Positions 48,121-60,590 of a stretch of 64,000 nt of DNA are shown here, piece by piece. Under the pieces are notes generated by a model, which was given only the letters and a program-made list of their open reading frames with translations, searched no databases and had not been told where the DNA came from. This DNA is from Octopus sinensis (taxonomy: Eukaryota): assembly GCF_006345805.1 (NCBI RefSeq), contig NC_043005.1:96224001-96288000 (forward strand), read 5' to 3'. Within the stretch, counting starts at the first letter, position 1, and every line of letters starts with the position of its first letter. A program made the position numbers and the translations under genes.

Positions 48121-49382
48121 AGAGATTCGTTCATCCAGATCACAGAGTTTGGGGTTTAATTAATGTCTTTCCTAAACACACAGTTTTGGGCTCAGTTCCA
48201 CTGTGTGGCACTTTAGGCCAGTGTTTTCTACTATAGCCATGAGCTGACCAAAGCCTTGTAAGTGGATTTGGTAGGCAGAAACTGAAAGAATCCCATTGTG
48301 TGTATGTATGTGTGTGTGTGTGTGTGTGTATCTTTATGCTTATATTTAACCCCAACTATTTTATAACTGGTATTGGTTTGTTTACATCCTCATAATTTAG
48401 TGGTTTGGCAAAGAGAGACAAATGGAATACCAGGCTAAAAAGAAATAAGTACTGAGATTCTTCTGCTTGATTACACCCTTTAAGGTGGTGCCCCAGCATG
48501 GTCATAGCCTAATGAATACAAGAAGTAAAAGACAAAGCATAAAAAATACTAGAGAGACAGATGATAAAATTGTGTAAAATGGATTTAAAATACTCGAATG
48601 TATATTCAAATGTATCCAGAGTGTATAAGACTTTGGTAAAATGGGAGATGTGCATGATCAAGATAGATGGAAATCTTTTGTTGATACCCTATGCTCCACA
48701 TGGACTCAAAAGAACTACAGAAAGACAACATGTCCTAGTTAAAAAGTGAGAGAAAATAAAATATTCTTTACAATAAGGGAAGAATAAGAACACTACTGGA
48801 GAGATACAACATATTTTTATATTGATAGATACAATAACACACAACACACTAAGAATTACTCTCCAAATATTGTTTACTAATAGGCATGTGTGTGTGTGTA
48901 TGTTTTGTTTGCTACTGAACTGTGTAAAACTATCAGCTTACATTGTTTTCTTGTAAGAAATATCTGCAATTCTTTCATAGAGAAAGAGCCTGAGAACAAG
49001 AAACAAGGAAAGTGCTTGCTGATAAAAATAGTGAATATACATAATTTATATGATGAAGGTTGTATATCTGATGTATTTTACATTTAAATCCTACATATTA
49101 TAGCAAAAGAATTTTGAGCAGAATGATGTGTAGATGGATAAAGCTTAAGGAATAACTTGAAGTTATAAAGTGGCACAGAAAAATATATTAGCATTTCACT
49201 CAAAAGCTGTTTGACTGGCAGAACCTTTAGAGCATCCTAAAACAATAGTTCTAGCAATTTGCATTTTGAGTTCAAATTCTACCAAGGTCAAATTGCCTTT
49301 CATTTCTCCAAGATTGATAGATAAGGTACAAGACAAACACTGGACTCAATTCATTTTTCTCTATCTCATATATATACATGCA

Positions 49383-49446
<64 letters not shown>

Positions 49447-50376
49447 GACATACACACACACACCTATAATCCCAGAATCAGTTAGAAACTGATCTATGTG
49501 GTTAGCTGTTAGCTGGAACTTTAATTTTGAGTAAAGAGACTGGGACATTGTCTCATCATTCTCACCTTGACAAACAACAATGGTACCTAAAGTAAGTCAC
49601 ACAAAAATGTCTATAGTTCCTAGAGGGTATTATTTTTTGTCCCCTACTGAGCATTTCTTATATGCTGGTATTTGAAACAAAGACCAGAAAAGCAAAAAGA
49701 TTCAAAAATAAAAAGAACTACTTAATATAATTTAGTACAACAGGTTTGTGATGGCAGGGTTGAAATGAGAGAAATTTTATTTGCTATTTCTAACAGATCA
49801 AGTAACCACAAAAAAGGTTCCTCATTGGTTTGGTTTCTTTCCAATTTTTAGGTTAGGTTTCAAATTTCTTCTGCTTCATATCCATTACCTTACAGAAAGT
49901 TAATTCCTATGAAGAGTTCTCCAACTCATCTAACACTAGACACTAAATTTAAAAAAAACTATGATGAGTGAGATGGAGAGGAGCAGCCATATTGTCGAGA
50001 GGAAAGGAGCAAAGTAAAAAGTCCCTTTAACCCATATAGCGCTGGGACTTGCACTTACATAACATGGACTGCTGAGCACATTTTATGAAAACGAGACTAT
50101 CATGCACACATAAAAACAAAAAAATAGTTAAAATATCTTCTTAGTATATAAGGGTGGCAAGTTTTACATCATCTGAAAAGTCATTAGTTGAACTATTAGT
50201 CCTCTTGCATTCTGGTGGGTATCAGAGCGTTTGAGTGACATTAGACCCCAACAAACGGCCATAAATTAAATGCATCCATCTGGGCTACGATCGTGGCCTG
50301 TCGAACTGTGCCTGACATCCATGATCATGGCCCATCACGCTTTATGTGTTAAGGGAGTAAAAAGTAGTGTTATTAA

Positions 50377-50596
50377 CCCTTTCGTTGCTGTATTTATTTT
50401 GAGATGCTCTCTGTTTCTTTCAATTACTTTAAATATAACAAAGAATTTACTAAAATAACTTGGTTATCATTAAGCTAGTGATAGGAATATAAATTGTGAT
50501 TAAGGTTTGGTGGTAGATATTAAGTCAAAACTTATGAAAACAAGACATTTGTACTCAGAGCCAGGGCCTGTTTCAGCTGGGTTGGTATCAAAAGGG
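50377..50596. mobile_element. piggyBac-type MITE (220 bp)
   Basis: TTAA on both sides. Ends CCCTTTCGTTGC and GGTATCAAAAGGG. An inverted relative lies at about 535-744. Confidence 0.82.
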
Positions 50597-51895
50597 TTAA
50601 TGTAGTTCGTGTGACTTCTATGATGATGATGATAGAAAACAGACTCATTTGACATGAGCTTAATCCCATTTCTAGGGTGTGTGAATGACTGAGAATACAA
50701 TCCCCCACTCCTGGACAAGACGGTGGTCTGCCACAAAGTCAACCCCACTCACCCCAGTTGCTATGAAGACCAAGCAAAATAGGTGAGGAACAAGGAAACA
50801 GAATTGAAGTCTAGTCCTTTTGAGTCATATTGCTTATATTCCAAACACCAACTTAATAATCACAAAATTATGAACTAAAATTTTCAAAATTAACTGAAAC
50901 AATAGCAGTGTATATAAACAGAAATATGATAATGAAAGGGTTAAAAAACGGAATCTATGAATGGAAAAATTCCACAGCACATTATAGATAAGAAAACAAA
51001 AATATAGAATAGTTGAGTTAGTGTTAACTTATTTAATGCAAAGACTATGAGAAAAAAAACTAACAAGAAATATAAAGATGGTATGGAAAAAAACACATGT
51101 TAATAACTAATATTTTCATTTTTCTGACAAGGCAACATTGCACATGTTTTGATTTTATTTTGATCTCATAAGCAAAAGATAACTGGGAAAATGAAAATAC
51201 TGGTTAGTAACTAATGCTGTTTTTTCCTCACCGCATAATTACTTCTGTTAGCTTTTTATTGCTCCCTGCATTAAATGTTCACACTACTTAACTATTGTTT
51301 GGTGTTACTGAGTTATCTATTTTCTCAACAAAACAAAGTTATAGAAGTCAAATTGTATGAAGAGCTTTCCTACAGAACAATCCTCAATACCAGCCACTTT
51401 ATGGATGATCAATGACCTAACTAAATATGGAGTAGCTTGGTGATGGAAGGGAATATCTGATAAGACTACAAGAGATAAACAAAAGGTTTAGAAGAAGTGA
51501 GGCAGGTGGTGGGAATCAGATAGCAAGAATTATATTTAGAGAGTAGTAAAAAAAAAATGCTGAATATAACTAGATTACCTGTGCTGGTGGAACATAAAAA
51601 GCACCCACTACACTCTTGGAGTGGTTGGCGTTAGGAAGGGCATCCAGCTGTAGAAACACTGCCAGATCAAGACTGGAGCCTGGTGCAGCCTCCTGGCTTC
51701 CCAGACCCCGGTCGAACCGTCCAACCCATGCTAGCACAGAAAACGGACGTTAAACGATGATGATGATATGAGAATATATCAATGAGCAGGATATTTGGCA
51801 ATGGGTTAAATTATGAAGAGGCAAGAAGTTTCCATATGAATTGAGAGATTTAATGAACTGTGATGTCATCAAAGAAAAGTGCCTGAAATTATATA

Positions 51896-52343
51896 TAGTC
51901 GTGGCCAAAAGTTTGGAACAAAGGTTTGAAAATTAGAATTTTTATATTAAATGCCTAAAGTTATATTTAACCCTTTAATGTTTAAACCAGCCAAAATATT
52001 CCACTTCTTTTATGTTTAAACTGGCCGGATCTGGCTGCTCACATTTACCTTGCAATGTCTTTTTAAAAATAGACAACCACATCATCAATATCTCAAAGTT
52101 GCAAGATAATGTGAGATTAATTCAAAACAATGTGAAGAAATAAACATTACACTTGACAAAATGATCTGAATGCTAAAGGGTTATTTTACAATATATTATT
52201 ACTTGGCCAAAAGTTTGGAACAAAGGTCTGAAAATTAGAATTTTTATATTAAATGCCTAAAGTTATATTTGAATTAAATTGTATTTGGGCATAACAATTT
52301 TAATTTTTTTAAAAATGTTCCAAACTTTTGGGCCATGACTGTA
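51896..52343. mobile_element. Tc1-like MITE, partly duplicated and interrupted
   Basis: TIRs tatagtcgtggccaaaagtttggaaca and tgttccaaacttttgggccatgactgta with terminal TA. Confidence 0.78.
51971..52180. mobile_element. piggyBac-type MITE nested in a Tc1-like MITE
   Basis: TTAA-CCCTTTAATGTTTAAACC ... CTGAATGCTAAAGGG-TTAT. Confidence 0.8.
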
Positions 52344-52799
52344 AGAACTCTTATTCTTGCTGACAATGAAAATATGCATCAAAAAAGTTATTAAGCAAAG
52401 ATTATTAAGCGAAATAAAGAAAATCTCCCAGTGGAAACAACAAATGAGTCAATTGCAGATATAAAACAGGACAAAGGAAATTACATAAACTATAGTAAAT
52501 GGCTTGTGTGAATCAAAAGCCTGCTCAGCAGCAGATTTTAATAATTATAGATATGTATTACAAGATATCTAAAGACAAACATAGCAAATACTGAGGTACT
52601 AGTTAGTAGCAGGGATTCAAGAAAGCTTAATAGCACAAATGATATGACCTTGTTCATTGTGCAAGAAGATGCAAGCAGACACCTGAAAGTTTGAAATTTG
52701 CAAAAAATTAGAGAATGAAGAACCATACTACTCATTCTAAGATAATCATATGACTGCTCTCAACCCTGATACCTATCTGCCTTTAAGCTTATTAAATAA

Positions 52800-54385
52800 G
52801 TTGGAACAAAGGGAAACACTTCATGAACAGTTTGGGTTTGTGCCAGGACAGGCTACAACCAAGCCACTCCCTCATGAGAAAACTGCAGAAGTTAACTGAG
52901 AACAAACCACTGTACCTACCATATGCTAACCCGGAGAAAGTTTTTCAAAGGACAACAAGTACTGTAGTCTGGTACTGCTAAGAGAACTAGGTGTAGATGA
53001 GTGGCTTGTGAGAGCCCCAAGAGCCATGTATAGATGTGCTATATGGTCAGACTTAGCAATGATTTTAGCAAGAAATTTAGGATAGAAGTGTTTATCAGGT
53101 CAAAGTTCCCAGCTCAGTACCACTTATTATAGTTGTTCAAACCATAGCAGTGGAGTTTAAGATGGGATGTCCTATGTGAACACATGCATACTAATGACCT
53201 AGTCCTGACAGCTGAATCTGTCAATATTTTAAAGAAGAAATTCCAAACAGGGAAGCAAAACCTAGATTTGAGAAGCTAGCAAAGACAAAAGTTCAAATTA
53301 ACAGGAAAGACAACACTCTATGGCCATCTTAGAAGTGACCATACCTGACATACAAAAACGAAGACGTGGCACTTAAAAGGCACCATTTGAACGTGATTGT
53401 TACCAGCGTCGCCTTAAAGAGCACCATCCAAGCGTGATTGTTGCCAGAGCGGCTATCTGGCCTCTGTGCCGGTGGCACGTAAAAGCACCCACTACACTCT
53501 CAGAGTGGTTGGTGTTAGGAAGGGCATCCAGTTGTAGAAACTCTGCCAGATCAAGATTGAAGCCTGGTGCAGCCATTTGGTTCGCCAGCCCTCAATCATT
53601 CGTCCAACCCATGCTAGCATGGAAAGTGGATGTTAAATGACGAGATGTACAAAAAGCAGAGTGGATTCACAGGCACACTGACATGGAAGAAGGACTTTGC
53701 ATGTAGAATATGACCGGATCGTTAGCAATAAAACCACCTGTGACAGATTCTTTCAAATGCTTGGAAGGATCTCTAGAGGTAATTGATAACTTTTGTTACT
53801 ATGTGGCCTAATCAGCAGTGGAGGTAAGTGTTCTGAAAGTAGACAAAGTAAGAACAGGTTGGGAAAAGTCCAGGGAATTATTACCTTTGCTGGCACCAGT
53901 TCTTTCTCCGTGCAAGGGGCAGATCATATGATGTTTGTGTGCATATTGCAATATTTGATGGTAGTGCAACATGGGTGCTGAATGCAGAGGATTTATAAAG
54001 GCTAGAAAGAAATGAGGCAAGCATGCCTTGCTGCATGTTAATGTTAGTGTACATGAATGATAGAGCATGAATGGGACGATAGAAAGATGAGCTCTACAAG
54101 GAATACAATGTAGTGTGTGCAAGAGAGAAAACTGTGATAGTGCAGATATGTGTAGCATATATGGTGGATACAAGACAGGCAAAGAAGTGATGAATCAAGT
54201 GGAAGGAACCTGTGGAAGACTGCAAAAGATATAGGAAGAAGTGGTGAAAGCTGATCAGAAGACTGACCCTCAGGAAGAAATGTCGAATGACAGCCAGAAG
54301 TGATGAAATGCCATATTGGAGAAAGCCTAACAAACCAATGCAAGCATGGAAAAGTGATCGTATGATGATGATGATGATGATGATA
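52800..54385 (+). mobile_element. Decayed RTE-clade LINE, RT domain to 3' end, with a younger RTE 3'-UTR copy nested at about 53365-53645
   Basis: Remnant motifs EQFGFVPG, RELGVDEWLVRA, FRELLPLL-like, RLRWYGHV-like and EGTCGRGRPRKTW-like. Ends in the GCAAGCATGGAAA...(GAT)n tail. Many stops and frameshifts. Confidence 0.85.
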
Positions 54386-57014
54386 TCATCTGAATAAACT
54401 AGTGGTGGTGACATTTGACAAAAATCAGTTCATAAATTCACAAATTTGAATTTATATACTTTGAAAAGAGGCAAATTCTAACATTTCAGGCAGGACTCTT
54501 CTTCATGCAGCCCAAATATTCTATCTGTTCTATGTTCAAATCAGCCAGATGTGATCTCTCTTGTCTACCCTACATCACCCTAAAGATAATTTATCCCATC
54601 AATGCAATCTTGAAGTTATGTGATAACGCATGATTAATTCAAAACAATAGGAATAAATAAGCAATATATCTGATAGAGTAATCTGAATGCTAATGAGCTA
54701 AATAAAACTTATTTACATATTATACATCTCAGAATATTTTGTGATGTCTATACATCGTAGAAATTTATGCAAACTAATCTTAATATAAATACATTGCCAT
54801 TTTCAAATTTTTATGAAAACAAATCTGTTGAAGATGAGAGTGAAGGTTGTGGTTTTATTTGCCAGTGAATAAGTGAGAAAGACACTCTGCCTATTTTTAT
54901 GGGAAATAAATAAGTAAATAAAATGGAAGCACAGATGTGATATATAACTTGAATTTTACAAAAACAAAAATACAAAAAAAGTAAAATTAATGGTGAGATG
55001 TTTGTGATCATTGCACAGATGAAATAACACACACAACTTTCAACTGTTTCTTTCATTTAGAACATATATACACCAAATCTGCAAAACAAAACAAGCAGAG
55101 AAAGGTGATGTAAGAAAAACTGCTCTCCAGTTATGTTGTCATAAAATATTACATTCAGAATATTTCTGAAGAGAAGAAAACTAAGCACAATCCGCTACTC
55201 ACCTCAGAAGGTGAAAGACATCAAGAGACTAAACAACCATACAAAATTAAAACCTAACATTTTCTTAAGGGGGTACTTTTTATTTGTAATGTATTTTTTA
55301 TATTCTAGAGTTTAAAAAGTAGCTTCTACCTTCTGAAAGCATTACTCCAATATAGGGCTGACCATAGTGGCTAAAACAAACTATGAGGCTAAACTAAAGT
55401 TAAATAACAACCTAAAGAAGTATTAAGAAATATTGCCAAGAATGTAAGAATAAGTTGCTCCAAGCACCAAGTTTTCGTGGCATAATATTGCTTAAAGTAA
55501 AATATAACTTTCCTTTCAATATGTTCATGTCAGAATAGACAAGCAAATGATGTTTTTACAAAGTATTCATCTACGATGATGGCCAACCTTTTTTCCTTCT
55601 TGTCGACCACAGGTTGATAAAGAAAAATATTTACCTTTTAACATACCTTATCTTGCTGAAGCACTTTTAGCTGATGGAACCCCCCCACCAATCACTTAAG
55701 AAGTAACCCTTTACTTTCACCATTTCATACAAATAAATCTCACATTCTCATTTTTTTATAATATTCAGATGTCAATTGGCTTCATAATTTCATTTTGTCA
55801 CAGAGCCTTTATATGACTGTCCAATAATCACAGTGGACTAGAAAAACGTGAAGTTTTTTGCTCAAGAACACAACGCATTGCCTGGTCCAGGAATCAAAAC
55901 CGCATTCTTACAATGAAGAGTCCAACACCCTAACCACTAAACCACAGGCCCCCACCCGCAGAAAAAAGGACACATTTGATAATGTAGTCCTACATAACAC
56001 TGTGCCTGACAAAAAAAAAAAAACTCAAAGAAACATGAGGGTGAAAGCTAGAATGTCTTTGATCACAAACCTGCTTTGACCTTGGGCTAAACAGAAATAA
56101 CAGCAATGACCATATCTCAGTAACTCACGCGGACAGACAGCTATGAGGTTACAACAAACACTTGTCAATTGTCTACTATCATTTTTTGCTTCCTTCTCAA
56201 CATAGTTATAAAATATTTACTGCCAAAAAAAAAAAACTTTTCTGTGTTCTTTCTGGCATTCAAGTGAATGGAACCTCAAACGCCATTTTAGTGAAGCAAT
56301 AAAAAGCTGGAAATGTCATAAACTGCTACAGTTGGCCTCTTTCCATGTATAAGTCTGTGTGAACAGAGATAACTAAATCAATAGAGTTGAACTGCCAAGA
56401 AAGACATCCTAGGCTCAAGTCTTGGCAAAGGCACAGCAATGAGTGAGTCAAAATAGCTCAGTTCAACAAGCTGCAAATAGGTGTCACAGTAAGATACACT
56501 CCACTGATACATGAATGACAAATGTTTTTTAGACCTACAGTGTTGAATTCAAATTTTTCCTTCAGTGTTAGTAGTAACTATGAGCTCTACCAGGTTATCT
56601 TCATCAAGATACACAGTAAGAAGACATGAAAGGTGGGCTCTTCCAGGTTACAACAATATTAACACACTGCATGATGATGCCGAAAGATGGACTCTTTCCA
56701 ACATGTTAAACACCTGACACTTTACATGAAGTAGTGGTGCCATAAGGCAATTTCATGCCTTATTTTTCTCTTCCTCTCCCACTTTCTTCTTAGTCTCTCC
56801 ACCCTTTCTAACAGAACTAAGTTTGGCAACATGTCCTTTCTCCTGACCAGTTCTGTATTATTCATGAACTTAAAAGCAACAATAAAAAACATTTTTTACT
56901 CATTGCTTTTAACAGCAGCATCTGTTAATCTGTGTGCCTATCCAGCTGCATTTCTCCTTGTTCTCTGTCTCATTTTGGGGCTTACTGAACACACAACATG
57001 CATTTACACAAATA

Positions 57015-57016
<2 letters not shown>

Positions 57017-57092
<76 letters not shown>
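57017..57092. repeat. (CT)n(CA)n microsatellite
   Basis: Seen directly. Confidence 0.97.
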
Positions 57093-57093
<1 letters not shown>

Positions 57094-57989
57094 TGATAGC
57101 AAGCAACTTAAGTTTTAAAATCAAATTTTAAAATTTCTTTCTTAAGTGATCCTGAACCATCAGCTGTCAAATAACTGAGTCAAATAGTCAACATCATCAT
57201 GATCAGAGGTAGTCATCAGTGTGCAATTAAGTCTATTGGCTTGCAAGACTTTCAGCCTTGCATCTCAATTTAGTTGAATTTCACACCACAAGCTAATGAA
57301 CCAGTTGTCAATGTTAAACTATTGACATTGCTAAAAGCAGTAAAATATATCCACACTGCAGAATATATCCAGCTACACTGACTGGATTTATTATTATCAT
57401 TATTATTATTGGCTTAACTGACTTAGCTAGAGGAGGACACATACTGTGCATGAGCATTTTCAGGGCATCCAAGAATGGTTTCAAATTTTGGCACAAGGCC
57501 AACACTTTTTAAAGGAGGAAATAAATCAATTACATCAACCCCCCAGTGTTCAACTGGTACTTATTTTATCAATTCTGAAGGGATGAAAGCAAAATCAACA
57601 TCAGCAGAATTTGAAACCAGAACATAAAAAGCTGGAAGAAATGGCACTAAACATTTTGCTTAACTTGCTAATGATTCTACAAGGGCCTCCATAAATGAAG
57701 CGAGGAAAGGAGAAAATTATCCCCAAACTGGAAACCTAAGCTGAATGCCTGTAAGATTGGATGCCGCTAAAATAGCCAAGGATTAAATGGTGATGTTAAA
57801 CTGAGTTATATGTTAAGTATACCATTCAGAAGTGTTTTGGAACATAGACATAGTATAGAGCTGGAGACAAAATAGGAAACCACTAGCTTCTCACCTGGTT
57901 GATCATTATCCTTTTCGCTTAGCTATTATACAATCAGTTTTACAACAATTACTTATTATCGTCATCATCATGATCACTATTATTATCGT

Positions 57990-58535
57990 TATTGAGTGAG
58001 AGAGTAGAGCATGCTATCAAAGTGACACTGGGGTACAAATATATGAAGCCCAGTATACTCATCATGACTACCCGTCTGATAAGGGTACACTAGGCACATG
58101 CATCACACCATATGTGTGCAACATAGTGATCTCATATCAAGAGTGCATGACCTTGCAGGTGGGGCCCAGTTAGAATTTTCTTTAGGCTGAGTAGCCCATC
58201 CCACTCAAAAGGTCCCTGAATAAGGGTTGTTTAAAGATGTTGAACGAAACATCCATGTTTCCAGAGGTGAATTATACAAACCCCAAAGAATTCCTCTCAA
58301 CACATGGCTATAATGCTCCCCCACTACTTCTGCTCGTAATCAGAAATGCACATATCATCAGCCACTAAGGGACATGCTCAACTGGTCGAGCAAATGACAG
58401 GCAAATCTGCAGTACTAATCAGAATATTCGCTGTAGCCCATCCTTTATACCAAGACAAAACATGTACATGATAGCACTTCCAATCAGTTAAGATCAGAAG
58501 CCATGAGATCCAATGCTAGTATTGCATCAAGGCTT
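57990..58535. repeat. Unclassified GC-richer interspersed repeat flanked by (ATT/ATC)n
   Basis: A compositionally distinct 550-bp block bounded by simple repeats. I recall similar sequence from octopus assemblies, but only one copy is in this window. Confidence 0.45.
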
Positions 58536-59025
58536 TCTTCTTCTTCTTATTATTATTATTGCAGTATTTTGCCCGTCGTTATGTTCTGAATTCTAATTCT
58601 GCCAAGGTCAATTTTGCCTTTCATCCTTTCGGGGTCAATAAATTAAAGTACCAGTGAAACACTGGGGTCGATGTGATCAACTGGTCCTCTCTCCCCAAAA
58701 TTAAGGCCTTGTGTCTATAGTAGAAAGGATTATTATTATAGGTGCAGGCATGACTATGTGGTTAAGCAGTTCTCTTCTGACCCACATGCTAGGGGTTCAG
58801 TCTCACTGCAAAGATGTGAATAGCTGGCATGCTATACTACAGTCACAGGTTGACCAATACAGTAACAAAATAGTTAACTGTAGTTAAGCGTTGCAGAATA
58901 AAAAAAACAAATTGTTATTATTTTTTTGAAGCTAAACACAAAGATGGTGTTATTAGGGGAGTATGTCAACCATCTAAGGTGAGCTCTGTTTTAACAATAC
59001 ATAACATAAATGAAGAAACACAAAC

Positions 59026-59112
59026 CTCTTCTAGTGATTTCCTTACAACGACATCACTAAGACTTTTGATGAGATTGATACGTTTGCTCTTCTCGGTTTT
59101 TGGTCCAATGTC
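59026..59112 (-). CDS. TSC2: TSC2 exon (human exon 3 equivalent): DIGPKTEKSKRINLIKSLSDVVVRKSLEE
   Basis: ttgacatttcag acceptor, gtttgt donor. 87 nt, phase 0-0, same length as human exon 3 ([29 protein letters not shown]). Confidence 0.88.
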
Positions 59113-59189
59113 CTGAAATGTCAACGGAAAAGTTTATGTTATCAATGGGGAATATACACTGTCACGGTACACAAATAAATAATATATAT

Positions 59190-59465
59190 AGATACACAGA
59201 GAAATAGATAGGCACACAGGTGGATAAAGAGACAGACAGACAAGTAGACAGACAGACAAGTAGATAGATAGATAGATAGACAGACATAAATAAATAAATA
59301 GACAGCCAGACAGATAGATAAATAAATAGATAGACAGACAGACAGACAAATAGATAGACTGACAGATAAATAGATAGATAGATAGACAAACAGACAGACA
59401 CAAATAAATATGTAGATACAGAGAGAGAGAGAGAGATAGGTAGATAGATAGACAAACAAACAGAC
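59190..59465. repeat. (GATA)/(GACA) compound tetranucleotide repeat
   Basis: Seen directly, about 80 nt upstream of the exon-3 acceptor. Confidence 0.95.
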
Positions 59466-60366
59466 GGATGATTATATAGAAGATGGATATATAGATATAT
59501 ACAGAATGTGTGCGGAAGAATACCAAAGTAAGTGTGGTATAGTCAGGAGGTAGTGCTAAGGTAAATCTGAAGCATAATCTCCCAGTTCCTTCATCTAAGG
59601 CAAAGAACACTGAGTTTTAAGTCAGTTATAAGAACAATTTACATTAAGCAGGTATAAGAAATAAAAAAAGAGAAAAGGCAGATAAACAAAAGTAAGCATA
59701 AGGAGTGTTTCCATGTAAATACAATTCTTAGACATTGTTTAGCCGAGTTCTGTTTTTACATTTAATGTACACCGTGTTCGAGTAAGAGTACATTATGTGT
59801 GTGTACATAATGTACACACAGTGTACATTAAATTTTCACTGGATGAAGTACATTTTCAGTTGATCTAACTATAACAGGACAGTGAACCATACACATACAC
59901 ACATACATGGCCAAAACTTAGAAGTTACTGTCAACAACATTCTTGTATAATAATAAATTTGTACTCTACAGAAGTATAGTGTAAAGTATCAGATTAATGT
60001 AAAACTGTTTTTATTATAACCAAGTATAAAAACAAACATTAATATACACACACATTTAGACATACAAACAAGCAAAACAGGTAAGCAAAAATTCTCAGTA
60101 ATTAAGCTTATTTCTTCATTTGAAGCTAAAATCTTGTTCTCTTGTTACTCTGATGTTGTTCCTCATGTTCTTCAAGGTGATAAGAGATATAGGTTTCCCA
60201 CATAGAAAGAATGTGTTAGTTTGGCTGCCATAATATTGTTGGTTTGGTAGGGCAACCTGGCTAACATTTCTATAATTAATGGTTGTTGCTGGAATTGGTT
60301 TAGCAGCAGCCACTTGCCACTACAAGTAGGATTTTTCTGTCACAGCTGGAGGTAGAATGGGTTTAA

Positions 60367-60590
60367 CCCTTTAGCATTTAAACCAGCCATATCCAGCCCA
60401 AATATTTTACTTTGTTTTATGTTTAAACTAACCAGATCCAGCCTCTCACACCTACCCTACAATGTCATTCTAAAAATAAACAATCACATCTTTGAAATCA
60501 CAAGATACGAGATAATACATGATTAATGAAAAACAATGTGAACAAATAAATAAGCATTACATTTGACAGAGTAATCTGAATGCCAAAAGG
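60367..60590. mobile_element. piggyBac-type MITE, second family (CCCTTTAGCATT ends)
   Basis: TTAA-CCCTTTAGCATTTAAACC ... CTGAATGCCAAAAGG-TTGA. Further copies or fragments lie at about 788-870, 34150-34310, 46260-46450, 51971-52180 and 54470-54700. Confidence 0.8.

Larger units (their letters stand above)
899..59112 (-). other. TSC2: TSC2 (tuberin) gene, partial: 25 coding exons covering the N-terminal HEAT-repeat/TSC1-binding region to just past the S939-equivalent. The gene extends beyond both ends of this span.
   Basis: All 25 exons have GT-AG borders and join into one open frame of 2915 nt. The peptides are colinear with human tuberin (e.g. LWGSKKV, HLGH, MPYTNP, ELTETCVDMMSRY), and exon phases match the human gene. 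Confidence 0.96.

Noticed and set aside
48009-48766. About 110-bp direct repeat (48009-48119 and 48656-48766)
   Set aside because: It is best explained as two old 5'-truncated 3' ends of the same LINE family, which is ordinary.
56230-57000. GC-richer unique block that might be a nested gene or transposase relic
   Set aside because: All six frames are interrupted and I could not recognise any motif with confidence.
59523-59600. Candidate for TSC2 exon 2 (…LPPDYTTLTL|gtattc)
   Set aside because: It has no resemblance to the tuberin N-terminus and a weak donor. The ATG exon probably lies beyond 64000.
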